Below are positions 49,119 to 59,384 of a stretch of DNA of 64,000 nt, piece by piece. Within the stretch, counting starts at the first letter, position 1. Every line of letters starts with the position of its first letter. The stretch is from Bythopirellula sp. (GTDB taxonomy: Bacteria; Planctomycetota; Planctomycetia; Pirellulales; Lacipirellulaceae), in assembly GCA_965216565.1 (NCBI GenBank), contig OZ244170.1, forward strand, positions 1,408,001-1,472,000, written 5' to 3'. A model generated the notes under the pieces. It did not search any database, was not told the DNA's origin, and saw nothing but the letters and a program-made list of their open reading frames with translations. A program made the translations under genes and the position numbers.

Positions 49119-50624
49119 TTAATTCTTCGAAAGGCTAAACAGGGGACCAGGCAGCCACGAATCAGCGAACCGCAGCAGTGGCCGACAGAGGCAGGAGGCA
49201 CCAAGCCCAATCCAGAGTGCCAAAGTCGCCCCACCAGCGAACGCCGTCGCTGCAAGGGCCCATCCGCACCAGAGAAACACCATCGCTGCGAGGCCAGCTG
49301 CCAAGTAAGTTGGCGTAGCTCTCACACGGTAGAAGCTAGCGGCACTGCGTAGTGCCGATTGGGTGTACCACAGCGAAAACGCAATACAGATGCAACCCAA
49401 TAGGGTAAACGCCCAGCTGCCAAATGCCCCTAAGCCGATCGCTACAACTCCGCCGCCACCAAGCCGACCTGCCAAGTTCATGGCCGTGCGGTGCGACTTG
49501 GAAAACCGACTAATTTCTTGCTGACGTGTCTCCTGGGTTTGGACGTCGCTCCGCCGGGCTTCTTCTTGACGCGTCTCTTCTTCGCCCCAACCGGTGAGCA
49601 CAAACTTATCAATTACGATTGCCGGGTCGTAAACTGTTCGTATTAGACGCTCCTTGACGAATTCCTTGAGCCAGACACGGTCTTTGAATTTCTGCTCAAT
49701 CACATCTTCACGAAACTGCTCGCCGGTTACGACGTACGCCTCATCCGCCAGCCAAGCAGGAATCTTCTCGATAATGGGCTGTACGTCTTTGGGAACCGCT
49801 ACGCTGTCAGCCGGAAGGATGACTTTCTCTGCTTTCATCAAGTGGTGCTCGTGTCGCCAGCGTGACTTGACCTCTTTCTCTTCAATTTCGCTGGTACGCA
49901 CTTCTTCGACTTCCCAGATGTCTTGCACTGCATCAACATTTTGCCAGTTACTCTGAACTGATGAAGATGGATTAGACTTGCGATGATAAACAGAGTTCTC
50001 TTTGAAGAAATGGAATTTACATACGCTTTCCGACGTCCATTCGATCAATCCAAAGATGGACCGATCAACAAGGCGGTCCAATGCCTCGAACGTCGATTGA
50101 ATGACTCGGTGCGTAGTCTGACGAATCGACCTGTCTAGGCTCTGATAGACCTCGCCAATCGGCTTTGCGATCAATTCGGCCGACAAGACACTGTCCGGCT
50201 TGAAGCCGTTGAACGCGGCCTGCTCGAATCGTGATTTGACTAGCATCGATTCGATTTGCTTACGACGAGGATCGTCTTGGCCGAAACCCTTGAGGGTTAC
50301 CGATAGCGTCTGCTGGCAAACTTCCCAGAGCAAGTCGGAGACTTCCTGGTGACGTAACTCCAGAAGCCGCAAATTGTCTTCATAACCGTAGACGAGGTCT
50401 TCAATGACTTCAAAGTTACTTAGCTTACGCTTGGTCCAAGGCAGTGTTTCCAAAAGCCGCTCGACAATCTTGCTGTTTCGTGATTTTTCAATCTCAAGCA
50501 GAGGGTTTTCACTCTGCGGTCGGATACGTCTGGGAAACGTCCTACCGCTAATACGTATGCTGTATGAGGGGACGCCGCTTGACGAATGCACGGGGGCCGG
50601 ATTCTTACTCGCTGGAGCTACCAT
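49119..50624 (-). CDS. Hypothetical protein with C-terminal TM helices
   Basis: 501-aa ORF, GAGGG RBS, ~4 hydrophobic C-terminal segments. Confidence 0.75.
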   Translation of the reverse strand: MVAPASKNPAPVHSSSGVPSYSIRISGRTFPRRIRPQSENPLLEIEKSRNSKIVERLLETLPWTKRKLSNFEVIEDLVYGYEDNLRLLELRHQEVSDLLWEVCQQTLSVTLKGFGQDDPRRKQIESMLVKSRFEQAAFNGFKPDSVLSAELIAKPIGEVYQSLDRSIRQTTHRVIQSTFEALDRLVDRSIFGLIEWTSESVCKFHFFKENSVYHRKSNPSSSVQSNWQNVDAVQDIWEVEEVRTSEIEEKEVKSRWRHEHHLMKAEKVILPADSVAVPKDVQPIIEKIPAWLADEAYVVTGEQFREDVIEQKFKDRVWLKEFVKERLIRTVYDPAIVIDKFVLTGWGEEETRQEEARRSDVQTQETRQQEISRFSKSHRTAMNLAGRLGGGGVVAIGLGAFGSWAFTLLGCICIAFSLWYTQSALRSAASFYRVRATPTYLAAGLAAMVFLWCGWALAATAFAGGATLALWIGLGASCLCRPLLRFADSWLPGPLFSLSKN

Positions 50625-50754
50625 ATTTTCCCTCTATAACCGACCGATCTAACCTGAACACAACACCTCAACGGCCTTGTTTTGCTAGGATAGCTATTGT
50701 AGTAAAAATGCGACGATCCTGCATGCACCCCATCCACCAAAGAAAGCCTTCTCC

Positions 50755-51771
50755 TTGAGTCGAGACGACGAGAAGACAATTCGCTACCGAGGCCGCACGC
50801 TGCAAGTCCAGCAAACACTGCGAATAGCTGGTCGAAAGTACATGGTGATCGCTCGCTTGGCGGGCAATCGAAGCACTCAGACAGCTCTGCCGACACGCAG
50901 CCGCCTCCAGGTTTTTGATCCTCCCGCGCAGGCGCTCCGTGTTGTCCACGAACTTCCCGATGGCCCAAACGCTCGACAGGCGATTGCAAGCCTACGTCGA
51001 CTCGACCGGCAAGGCACCTGTGCACCGACCTTGATTGATTGTCAGCTCAGTCAGGGCCAATGGAAACTGCTGACCACATGGGTCGAAGGGGAGACTCTTG
51101 CTGTCTACCTAAATGCAGCCCGTGATGGAAAGAAGCCTTGGCCTTCCGTTTATGAAACCGTCAGGATGTACCGTCAGTTTGTGCATAGCCTGTGTCAGTT
51201 CCACCAGTTTACTGGCCGCCTACATGGGGATATTTCGCCAGCCAATCTCATCGTCCAGGCTCAGCCGCATGCACTTAGGCTGATCGACTTTGGCAGCGCT
51301 TGGCCGATGTCAGATTCTGAGGCAAAGCATCAGGGGGAAGGAGCAACTCCAGGCTACTCCGCGCCCGAAAGACTTACTCCTGCCATAGCTAACCACTTGG
51401 CCGACCAGTTCTCTGCAAGCATTGTTCTCTACGAGATGCTAACAGGCCAGCTTCCCTACGAAGGAATGGGAGGTAGGGCAGGCGAACCAGAGTATCGCGA
51501 CACGTTTGCGGATGCTTATAAGCCCCCGAGCCACTTGGCTGCCAAACTCGGGGACTGCCCTCAGCAAGCATGGGCCTTGATTGACGCTCTCGCTCGCGAA
51601 GGGCTTCGACTGCTATCTGAAGAGCGATACCAGAACAGCGGTCAGTGGCGCCAGGCAGCCGATGCTGCGTGGGAGCAGGTCAGACTGCCCAGCAGTCTCA
51701 GCGTAACCGGCCGGATCGGCGAAGCCGTGGCGAACTGGATAGAACGAATGACAAAGGGCAAAGAGAGCTGA
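50755..51771 (+). CDS. Ser/Thr protein kinase-like protein
   Basis: HGDISPANL, IDFGS, GATPGYSAPE, DQFS, YEMLTGQLPY. Confidence 0.85.
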   Translation: MSRDDEKTIRYRGRTLQVQQTLRIAGRKYMVIARLAGNRSTQTALPTRSRLQVFDPPAQALRVVHELPDGPNARQAIASLRRLDRQGTCAPTLIDCQLSQGQWKLLTTWVEGETLAVYLNAARDGKKPWPSVYETVRMYRQFVHSLCQFHQFTGRLHGDISPANLIVQAQPHALRLIDFGSAWPMSDSEAKHQGEGATPGYSAPERLTPAIANHLADQFSASIVLYEMLTGQLPYEGMGGRAGEPEYRDTFADAYKPPSHLAAKLGDCPQQAWALIDALAREGLRLLSEERYQNSGQWRQAADAAWEQVRLPSSLSVTGRIGEAVANWIERMTKGKES

Positions 51772-51801
51772 CTGGAATGATTAGGCCGAAGGGTAGTGTG
51801 A

Positions 51802-52836
51802 TCACTTGATTCCAAGAGCGATGGCTGATCTATGTGGCGGCGTGGCTCGGAACCGGTCGCCACAAACACAGTGATAGTGCTTCCCTCTCGACTTTTCTAG
51901 GAACGGAGGCTGATCTTCGCTTCGCTGTGGAATCTCTTGATAGACCTGCATAGCTCCGTTGGGACAGCCGCGGCAGATGCTCTCGTCCGCAGGCGGCTCC
52001 GGTTGCAGCCCGCCTTTCAAGTTCGGTAAGAGCCGCCGCATCCCAGCAGCACCATCAGCTAGCGCACGATGTGCAGCGCCAGAGTTTGGAATTGCAACGG
52101 CATCTTGCGTTTTGGCATAGAGAATGACTCCGAAAGGACTCTCACCCCCAGCCTGCCTTTGCAGTAACTGGCAATACGCAGCCATGCGTGCGAAGTGCTG
52201 CTTGTGAAGCTTGCGATTGTCGCTGTTTCTAAGAAAGACTGGTACGTAGGTTTCTCCGCGCACCAACACGCGCCACGGTCGCCCAGCCAATTTCCATTCG
52301 GAATCTTCCAGTGGGTCAGGCCAAATGCGCAACTCAAAGCCGGCCGCAATAAGTCCCCACCAATCAGCAGCTGTGGGGTTGTCACCATCAAATTTGGGCT
52401 CTTTGGGTTTTGCACCGGCTGCTCGCGAGTGCCGGTGCGTCAACACAACCAACGCCCAGCAACCTGTGGCGACGCCAACAACCAGTACGAGCAACAGCAG
52501 CCAGCACCCAATCAGAAACGTCGGTGAGACCGTAAGCGTCAATATGCCGCATAAACCAATCGATAGTAAGCCGCCAACAACGCCACCAATCAGATACATC
52601 GTGATGCGTCCAATCGCCTCAGCAATCCTTGCTTGGTCGTAGCGAGGCAAATAGCCAAGCCGGATAGGTCGCGTGTCTTGCCCGCGATCACTTTCTTCCG
52701 ACTCGTGCGCTATCACCCCGGCCCGCGGGCAGAACAAGAACTCGGTGATGACGTGGACGCCTAGCGGATCGTCATGTCCGCTGGCAACCAGCCTCCGGTC
52801 CTCGTTGCCAGCTCGATTCGAAGCCTCACTATCCAT
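51802..52836 (-). CDS. Membrane-anchored Cas4-like Fe-S protein (degenerate nuclease)
   Basis: EFLFCPR, two TM helices, LAGRP, RMAAY, C-terminal CRGCP and CVCG; coupled to the upstream kinase. Confidence 0.55.
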   Translation of the reverse strand: MDSEASNRAGNEDRRLVASGHDDPLGVHVITEFLFCPRAGVIAHESEESDRGQDTRPIRLGYLPRYDQARIAEAIGRITMYLIGGVVGGLLSIGLCGILTLTVSPTFLIGCWLLLLVLVVGVATGCWALVVLTHRHSRAAGAKPKEPKFDGDNPTAADWWGLIAAGFELRIWPDPLEDSEWKLAGRPWRVLVRGETYVPVFLRNSDNRKLHKQHFARMAAYCQLLQRQAGGESPFGVILYAKTQDAVAIPNSGAAHRALADGAAGMRRLLPNLKGGLQPEPPADESICRGCPNGAMQVYQEIPQRSEDQPPFLEKSRGKHYHCVCGDRFRATPPHRSAIALGIK

Positions 52837-53941
52837 CGTTGCCCTCCATTCCCAATGAATGCTGCCACTGGTTAAGGACAGGCAACACTTCACCAAAGGT
52901 TGAAGGCCTCTGACTCTGGCGAAGGGCAGTGCTAGTAATAATTAACTCGCGAACAGCCTTTGGTAACTGTACACCCATTGCATCACCCTCTTTCCCTCTC
53001 TCTGGTAGCTTTCCGACCACTAGCTGTGAAATGATACGTCCCCAGCTGTAGACGTCTGCAGCAGCAGTCGGCTCACCTGCCCCAATCTCGGGTGCCCGAT
53101 ATGGATCGTCAGGCCAGTGGGATGAAACGGTAGGCAAATTTCCCGACAGTTTCGCTAGCTCAAAGTCGGTCAGCATAAGCAGATCGTCTGAGGCTCGTAC
53201 TAGAAGGTTTCTTGGGCTTAGTTCGCGGCGGATCACGCTCGCTTCGTGAATGGCTGACAAAGCTTTGGCCAACTGCATAGCCCAGCAGGCCGTAGTGTGT
53301 AATGGAACGGGACCTTCGATTTCCAAGAGCCACTCGGCCAAAGAGCTTCCATCCACCCATTCATCGACAACCCACCAAGCATCTCCAGACGATTCAGGAA
53401 AAGTCGCATAGCAAATCGGAAAATGCTCGTGACGGATGAGCAAGTCGCAGATCTCGATATGTCGCACAAGCCGACTCTTAAGCTGGTGTTGGGCTTCGTC
53501 CGATAAGTGAGCAAACTCGTAACGTTTACCTCGTCCAAATCGGGATGGCTGATGCCGATGCTTCATTCGGAAGACTCGGTACTGCAACCCATTAGAAGTG
53601 TTTTGCACGTTTGTTAATGGGCGACCGGCTATCCATTCGCTCGATGAAGGCTCCGTTTCGGAATCATCGCAGTCCGAAACCTTGTTAGCTTCTGTGTCTT
53701 CGTACTCGACTGGATCCACCAAGTCGATCATCGCGACTCCTAGTTCGTGGGCGATGGGTCGCAGCGTAGAGACACGCGAGGGACCACCACTCAAGAGCCG
53801 TCTCGCAGTTGCTTTGGTGATGTCGGTCTGACGGCAGAAATCTTCGACGGTCCATTCCTTTGCGAGCAGGCATTTCTTAAGCGTCGGCACGCAGATGAGC
53901 AGCTTGCCTTTCTCAAATTGTGACTTCTTGGACTCGTCCAT
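52829..53941 (-). CDS. XRE-HTH fused atypical protein kinase
   Basis: WTVEDFCRQTDITKATARRLL HTH; IRRELSPRNLL, TDFELAKL, YRAPE, DVYSWG. Confidence 0.8.
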   Translation of the reverse strand: MDESKKSQFEKGKLLICVPTLKKCLLAKEWTVEDFCRQTDITKATARRLLSGGPSRVSTLRPIAHELGVAMIDLVDPVEYEDTEANKVSDCDDSETEPSSSEWIAGRPLTNVQNTSNGLQYRVFRMKHRHQPSRFGRGKRYEFAHLSDEAQHQLKSRLVRHIEICDLLIRHEHFPICYATFPESSGDAWWVVDEWVDGSSLAEWLLEIEGPVPLHTTACWAMQLAKALSAIHEASVIRRELSPRNLLVRASDDLLMLTDFELAKLSGNLPTVSSHWPDDPYRAPEIGAGEPTAAADVYSWGRIISQLVVGKLPERGKEGDAMGVQLPKAVRELIITSTALRQSQRPSTFGEVLPVLNQWQHSLGMEGNDG

Positions 53942-54137
53942 TGCTAGCTCCTCGGCCGCGAGCGCTACCTGCTCTTAGTGATCTGAAATGATACCCAAAC
54001 AGCTCCCCTAACAAATCCTGGATTCGTCGAAACTGGGCTTTGTCACTGCCGGACTCTGTCGAGCCAAGTGGCACCACACTGTTTGCCGCGTTCTGCATTG
54101 TAATCCGCGACATTCGATCCGTCAGTTCCACCAATGT

Positions 54138-54524
54138 TTGATGAGGAGCCACCTCATGCTTACGTCATTACTTCAGTCTTTCGTATCAGCCGTCATCGAG
54201 CGTTTAGCCGCCTCTACCATTGGTGGAGTCGCCGCTCAATCAGCTGCCGAAGCGGCGATCCAAGAGGCCGACTGCCTGGATCGCCTCGAAGAAGCGGCAC
54301 GAAGCTACGAAGCAGCCGGTAAGCCTCAACTTGCCGCCAGGCTCCGTGAGCGAGCCGCATCAGTCACCTTCGACACGTCGACCGCGATCCCTTCCTTGGA
54401 GCATCAAACCAAGCAGACCGCGTTAATCGACGCGAAAGCGAAGCCAGACGAAGAGAGCCGCTCCTCGGCATCACCGAAACGACGGCGTCGCCGATCGGCC
54501 GCTTCGAAGGGAGCCGAGCAATGA
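54138..54524 (+). CDS. Hypothetical protein, first gene of the mobilisation operon
   Basis: GAGGAG RBS before MLTSLL; ATGA overlap with the next gene. Confidence 0.7.
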   Translation: MMRSHLMLTSLLQSFVSAVIERLAASTIGGVAAQSAAEAAIQEADCLDRLEEAARSYEAAGKPQLAARLRERAASVTFDTSTAIPSLEHQTKQTALIDAKAKPDEESRSSASPKRRRRRSAASKGAEQ

Positions 54525-55165
54525 CCGGAAGGCGCTTTCTGCAAGAACTCGTTCTGCAGTGGCTGGCTTACCAGCTCCGGGTGGCAACGATGTCCCAACT
54601 GGCCGCTGCCTTGACGATCGAGCTGGGCATGACCGCTGCGGCGGTCAAACGCAATCTGTTGTACCTGGCGCGGTGTGGCTTGCTAGGGAAACAAGTTCTC
54701 CCTGTGGCTGTTCCCGAGTTGACGGAGCCGCTATTGGCTTGGTCACCAGGGCAGACGGTACCCGATTTCGAAGCCGTCGCCTGGGCGGCACGTAAACGGA
54801 TTGCTCTCGCAGTCCAGCGGCGTGAGACCATTCTTTGGGCAAGCGACCTCGCTACTCGTCGAGTGGGTGGAATGGGTGGGCAACTCCGCAAGCCTCTACA
54901 AGTCGAGCACGACTTGGGAGTCGCAGCAATCTACTTTGCTCGCTACCAAAAAACTGTCGGCACGACTGAGAGTTGGATTGGCGAAGACGCGTACGCCCGA
55001 CTGCGGCGACCGGGGCGAGGACAGAAGCGACCTGATGCCGCGATTGTCGATAGGGAGGGCCATATCGCCAAGGTACTCGACTACCTGTCGCTCTATCCGC
55101 CCGCTCACTTACGCGGATTCCATCACTATTGGGCCGCCCGAAATACTCGCTACGAATGGTGGTAA
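54521..55165 (+). CDS. Replication-relaxation (MOBC-like) PD-(D/E)xK relaxase candidate
   Basis: N-terminal wHTH, QVEHDLGV, WIGE, KRPDAAIV; upstream of the coupling protein. Confidence 0.5.
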   Translation: MTGRRFLQELVLQWLAYQLRVATMSQLAAALTIELGMTAAAVKRNLLYLARCGLLGKQVLPVAVPELTEPLLAWSPGQTVPDFEAVAWAARKRIALAVQRRETILWASDLATRRVGGMGGQLRKPLQVEHDLGVAAIYFARYQKTVGTTESWIGEDAYARLRRPGRGQKRPDAAIVDREGHIAKVLDYLSLYPPAHLRGFHHYWAARNTRYEWW

Positions 55166-55169
55166 ACCA

Positions 55170-55949
55170 ATGTCGAAAAGACCTAAAAAACCGCGGCTTA
55201 CCCGGCGCGACCTGGACGTGTTGCGAGACGCGGCAACCTTTGGACTCATCGTTCCAGAGTTGATTGCGCCGTATCGGTTTGCTGGCAAAGCGCCGGCGGC
55301 TGTGACCTCGACGCTTCGGCGACTTTATGGCCGACCCCCCAGCTATCTCTACCTCCGTCCTGAGCCGCTTGACGATCGCCGTGTGTATTACCGACTCACC
55401 CCCCGGGGTGCTCGCGTTGCGGAGGCTTCGCGGTCGGCCACATTGCGACTTGGTAAGCAGTCACTGCTCAGACGCTACGCCTTGGCTTGGCTGATCTGTG
55501 TGCATGAGCCCCATAGGCGTGTGCTACTTGATCGCGATGACGCCATGCAGCTTCTTGCGAATGCCAGCAACCTGCCGAAACACGGATTCTACCTGCGTAA
55601 GCAGGAGCAAACCGGACCTCGACTTGGCTTAGCAATTGTCGATCACGGCGCCCATCCGTCTAGGATCGTTCGCAAGGTTATCCGTACTGCTGAGCGCCTG
55701 CTCAGCAATGCATCCTCTAGAGACTTGATTGCAGCAGATCGCATGACCATCACGCTACTCACCTTTAACGAGCTGAAGCGTGAAGAGCTACACAAGTCGA
55801 TTCGACGCCGGATGTCGCGACAGTTGCCCGCCCTGTTGTGTCAGTACGGACTTTCCCCGAATGTCACGAACCGTCTACAGCTGGAGGCACATGTTGTCCC
55901 TGGCCTGCTGAATTTGATTCCCCATGACCGACCAGGAGGCACGCAATGA
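55170..55949 (+). CDS. wHTH / Replic_Relax-like accessory protein
   Basis: RLTRRDLDVL...YYRLTPRGA is typical of the Replic_Relax N-terminus; ATGA overlap with the T4CP gene. Confidence 0.5.
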   Translation: MSKRPKKPRLTRRDLDVLRDAATFGLIVPELIAPYRFAGKAPAAVTSTLRRLYGRPPSYLYLRPEPLDDRRVYYRLTPRGARVAEASRSATLRLGKQSLLRRYALAWLICVHEPHRRVLLDRDDAMQLLANASNLPKHGFYLRKQEQTGPRLGLAIVDHGAHPSRIVRKVIRTAERLLSNASSRDLIAADRMTITLLTFNELKREELHKSIRRRMSRQLPALLCQYGLSPNVTNRLQLEAHVVPGLLNLIPHDRPGGTQ

Positions 55950-58753
55950 CACAAGCAACAACCGCTGCACCGCAACCTCATGCCGTAAAAGACAAATACG
56001 ATGTGCTGGAGTGGGATGATTTGCCCGCAGACGAGTGCGATATGAACTACCGCTTGCTGAATATGGAGAAACCAGCCTACGGGATGAGAGTTGTTGAGCT
56101 GATACTGAGCAGCGTCTTGGCCGCGATCGCCTACTTGCTACTGGCTTGGTTTTTCGAAAGCTTCCCCGGTTTACTGGCAGGTGGAATACCAAGAGTTTTC
56201 CTAATTGCAATTGCGCTGGGCGCGTTTTCAGTTCTGCGAGACAACTCGCCAGCTGGGAAGCGGAGGGCTATTCGCTTATCAGGAGGCGTCTTAGGCGGTG
56301 GTGTCCTGCTAGGGCTTGCTGCCGGAGGATTGACACTGCCCCAGTACTTGATGCTGCTGATATTGGGCATCATCGTCTGTCTTGCCTCGGTTGCCGATGC
56401 AATTGCGACATCGAACGCTTGGTGGTGCTCTGCCCACCCACTCGTAACTCAATCGGCAATGAACGCCTATCGAGAGGCATGGGTAGGACGGTGGAGCGGA
56501 AAACCACTCCGCATCGATGACACAGCGTCAGCAGAGACACGGCGAAACGTTGCCCGAGCCCGGGTCGTTCACCTGCTGACGCACTACCGAACCGGCATGC
56601 TCTGGTTAGTAGGGAGTGTCATCGGTGGAGGGTTTGTTGGGCTCTTAACCTCGGACTGGGAGCCTGGCCCGCTCGTGGTAGCGCCCGTGCTCCTGCAAGT
56701 AACGTTCGTCCTTGCTGTTGTCGCAATCCATCGCTTGATCGCGGCATGCGAACAGCTACAAACAGCGCATCCGAAAGAGAATATAACGCTTTACCAGATT
56801 TTTAGATTTGCATTTCTTAGTGTGCTAAGAGCGATCCATTGCCATGCAACCTATGGAAACGTACTTCGCCAACCACTCTGGGTGCTTAAACTACGCGGCG
56901 CGGCTTGGGTGCGTTACTTGCATGTGCCGCTAGCGTGCTGTCTGCTCGCCTACCTCTCAGCCGCCTGTGCAATCCGAGAGGCGTGGCCAGATGGGGCAAA
57001 TCCTGCCGTGGTCTTAGCTCTTCAGCTTGCCATGGCATTGCTACCGGTAACTTGGATTGCATCGGGCATCGTGATCGTTGCTGGCCCAACAATACTCGCC
57101 CATCGGCTAGCTCTCGAGATCCCTGATGCCTTCGAGCACCAATACGACTACTCCGACTGGGACGGGTACGTCGCCCGCTTGCACGACAGTCGCAACCCGC
57201 TGGAGCGTCAATCTGTTTGGGTTGGCTGCCATCTCCAGCATGGCTATCCGATTCTGGTCGATCGCTCTCTCTATTTCGAGCACGCGCACGTTGTTGGCAG
57301 TGCAGGCAGTGGCAAGACTGCACTCAGCTTGACGTCTGACATTACACAACTTATCCGTAGCAGTCGGAGCGAAGACCCGGCAGGCGGAATCGTCATTCTA
57401 GACTGCAAAGGAGACCCAGCACTTCTGCATACGGCTCGCGAAGAAGCTCTTGCAGCTGGTAGAAAGTTCAGGCTGTTCACGAATCAGCCGGGAAGACCAT
57501 CGCATGGCTTCAATCCACTCCTCAATTGTGGAGCTACCAAGCTCTCGCTTTCAGAAATAGTCGGTGTTATCGCCCAGGCACTCAATTTGTATCACGGCGA
57601 AGGCTATGGACGAGGATTCTTCGGCGCAGCCTCCAAAGCGTTGCTGCAAGCGGCCTACAAAACGTCTTTCACGTTCGGAGATTCTGGAATGCTGAGGCCT
57701 CCGATCGAGTCTTTTCAGCAGCTTGAAGAAGCGTTACGTGAAACGGCTAGCGACCCAAAAGTGTTTCAAGCTGCTCAGCAGTTGCTCTACGTCGTAGCTG
57801 CGCTGACCGAGTTCGACCAAATCAATCTTACTCCTGACCGTGAACTAGCCCCCGAAGTCTTGGAAGAATCAATCCATATGCCTCGTCTAGTCCGCGACGG
57901 GGAAGTGGCTTACTTCTATCTAGTAGGCATGGTCGACCGCTCGTCAGTCGGCCACATTGCTCGGCTGGTGCTCTATTCAACACTAGCCGCAGCGGTGGAA
58001 CATCGCAATAAGACGGGGAACGGAGCAGGAGTCTTCTTTTTTGCAGACGAAGCTCAGTGCCTAATCTCCAACAATGTTGCACCGCTATTAGAGCAAGCTC
58101 GCTCATACGGTGTGGGATGTGTTCTCGCCCATCAGAACATGAGCCAACTGGAACAAGCCGATGGCAAGGGTCTGCTGGAGCTTGTACTCGCCAATACGGT
58201 GTTCAAACGTTACCACGCTCTTCGTGACCCAGAGTCGCAGAAGTACGTTGCCGCAGCCTCTGGCAAATCAAACTACTTTGACCTGAGCTGGGACCAACTG
58301 AAAAGGCGGGCGATTGGACGCGGCCAGGTCGATCCGCGTTTCGCATGCACTGGGCCCGACAGTGTAATGCGGGTAGGTGTGACACAACGAGTCGGCGAGC
58401 GCATCGAAATAGAAGAGCTGGCCGATATGAGCCGTCGCCTCAACCAGAGTGTCGTTTTGGTAGAGCGTAACCAGGGGCTGACGCAACTCAACGGCGGTGT
58501 GTTAATGCATTCCGACTGGCCCATATCACAGAATACTTACAAGCGACGCGAAACGACACCGTGGCCAACCGACATGCCCGGGGCCATCGTATGCGAGCGC
58601 GGCGTACCACGCGAATTGCCAGCAGCGTCGCCACCGGTCAACAGTGACGACTTAGATGATCGCCTGCGAGAAATCGAAGAAAAAAAGACTCGCAACGACA
58701 AGAAGCCTCCTCGACGAGACCAAGAAAACAACACCGAAAGTGACCCCAAATAG
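55946..58753 (+). CDS. Type IV secretion coupling protein (VirD4/TraD-like) with multi-TM N-terminus
   Basis: GSAGSGKT, LDCKGD, FNPL, FFADEAQ, QARSYGV, AHQNMSQL. Confidence 0.88.
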   Translation: MTQATTAAPQPHAVKDKYDVLEWDDLPADECDMNYRLLNMEKPAYGMRVVELILSSVLAAIAYLLLAWFFESFPGLLAGGIPRVFLIAIALGAFSVLRDNSPAGKRRAIRLSGGVLGGGVLLGLAAGGLTLPQYLMLLILGIIVCLASVADAIATSNAWWCSAHPLVTQSAMNAYREAWVGRWSGKPLRIDDTASAETRRNVARARVVHLLTHYRTGMLWLVGSVIGGGFVGLLTSDWEPGPLVVAPVLLQVTFVLAVVAIHRLIAACEQLQTAHPKENITLYQIFRFAFLSVLRAIHCHATYGNVLRQPLWVLKLRGAAWVRYLHVPLACCLLAYLSAACAIREAWPDGANPAVVLALQLAMALLPVTWIASGIVIVAGPTILAHRLALEIPDAFEHQYDYSDWDGYVARLHDSRNPLERQSVWVGCHLQHGYPILVDRSLYFEHAHVVGSAGSGKTALSLTSDITQLIRSSRSEDPAGGIVILDCKGDPALLHTAREEALAAGRKFRLFTNQPGRPSHGFNPLLNCGATKLSLSEIVGVIAQALNLYHGEGYGRGFFGAASKALLQAAYKTSFTFGDSGMLRPPIESFQQLEEALRETASDPKVFQAAQQLLYVVAALTEFDQINLTPDRELAPEVLEESIHMPRLVRDGEVAYFYLVGMVDRSSVGHIARLVLYSTLAAAVEHRNKTGNGAGVFFFADEAQCLISNNVAPLLEQARSYGVGCVLAHQNMSQLEQADGKGLLELVLANTVFKRYHALRDPESQKYVAAASGKSNYFDLSWDQLKRRAIGRGQVDPRFACTGPDSVMRVGVTQRVGERIEIEELADMSRRLNQSVVLVERNQGLTQLNGGVLMHSDWPISQNTYKRRETTPWPTDMPGAIVCERGVPRELPAASPPVNSDDLDDRLREIEEKKTRNDKKPPRRDQENNTESDPK

Positions 58754-58829
58754 CACTCCTAACGGCTTGCCACTTTGTCGTTCAATACAAGAAGCAACAA
58801 CAACTGCAAATCAATGCAACTAGAAAGGC

Positions 58830-59141
58830 TTGCAACTGATGATTTTCGTATTCCTGGCCATGATCCTAATTTACAGATGGCTCGATACATGGGCCCGCAA
58901 CAACCCAGCCAGCGGGCTACGTAGCGGAGCGTTGGCATTCTACGTCGAGGCAGTGAAAGTGGCCTTTGTATTTTGGATGTTTCTAATGGCGCCGATCGTG
59001 ACTCAACGGATTCAATCGATCGCACGCGTGCATCGCGAGATGCAAGCGGAACGATCCCAAGAGATTTCTTTTTCCTCCCCCCCAACCAGGAGTGACAAAC
59101 AATGGCTGGGTCTGGATCGTGAATCCAGGTTTTCGCGGTGA
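58830..59141 (+). CDS. Small membrane hypothetical protein
   Basis: Two hydrophobic segments; GAAAGG before the TTG start. Confidence 0.45.
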   Translation: MQLMIFVFLAMILIYRWLDTWARNNPASGLRSGALAFYVEAVKVAFVFWMFLMAPIVTQRIQSIARVHREMQAERSQEISFSSPPTRSDKQWLGLDRESRFSR

Positions 59142-59231
59142 CATGTTCATTGCGGTTTTTTATCTACCTGCGCTGCGGAATAGCTATGGCTATTCGCTCG
59201 GAAGACCGTGGTCTTCTTGGCGCGCTGGTGG

Positions 59232-59261
59232 AACAAGAGACCCCTTGGGGTCTCTTGTTTT
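59232..59261. other. Perfect 13-bp inverted repeat (terminator or oriT-type hairpin)
   Basis: AACAAGAGACCCC-TT-GGGGTCTCTTGTT followed by TT. Confidence 0.6.
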
Positions 59262-59384
59262 GAAAAGTACGTGGCTCGCCTGGAGCCGTGGCGACTTGCA
59301 CTGCGAGTCGTGACGGCTTTAGCAACGCCCGTTGTGCGGACCGACTGGGGTCGGACGCGCACGGTCAACTAGGAGAGCCACGTT

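Noticed and set aside
51802..52836. Functional CRISPR-associated Cas4
   Set aside because: No array or cas1/cas2; catalytic residues appear replaced and TM helices are inserted.
54801..55169. N-terminal extension of the 382-aa ORF
   Set aside because: Overlaps 54521-55165 in another frame; ATG 55170 right after that stop is more plausible.
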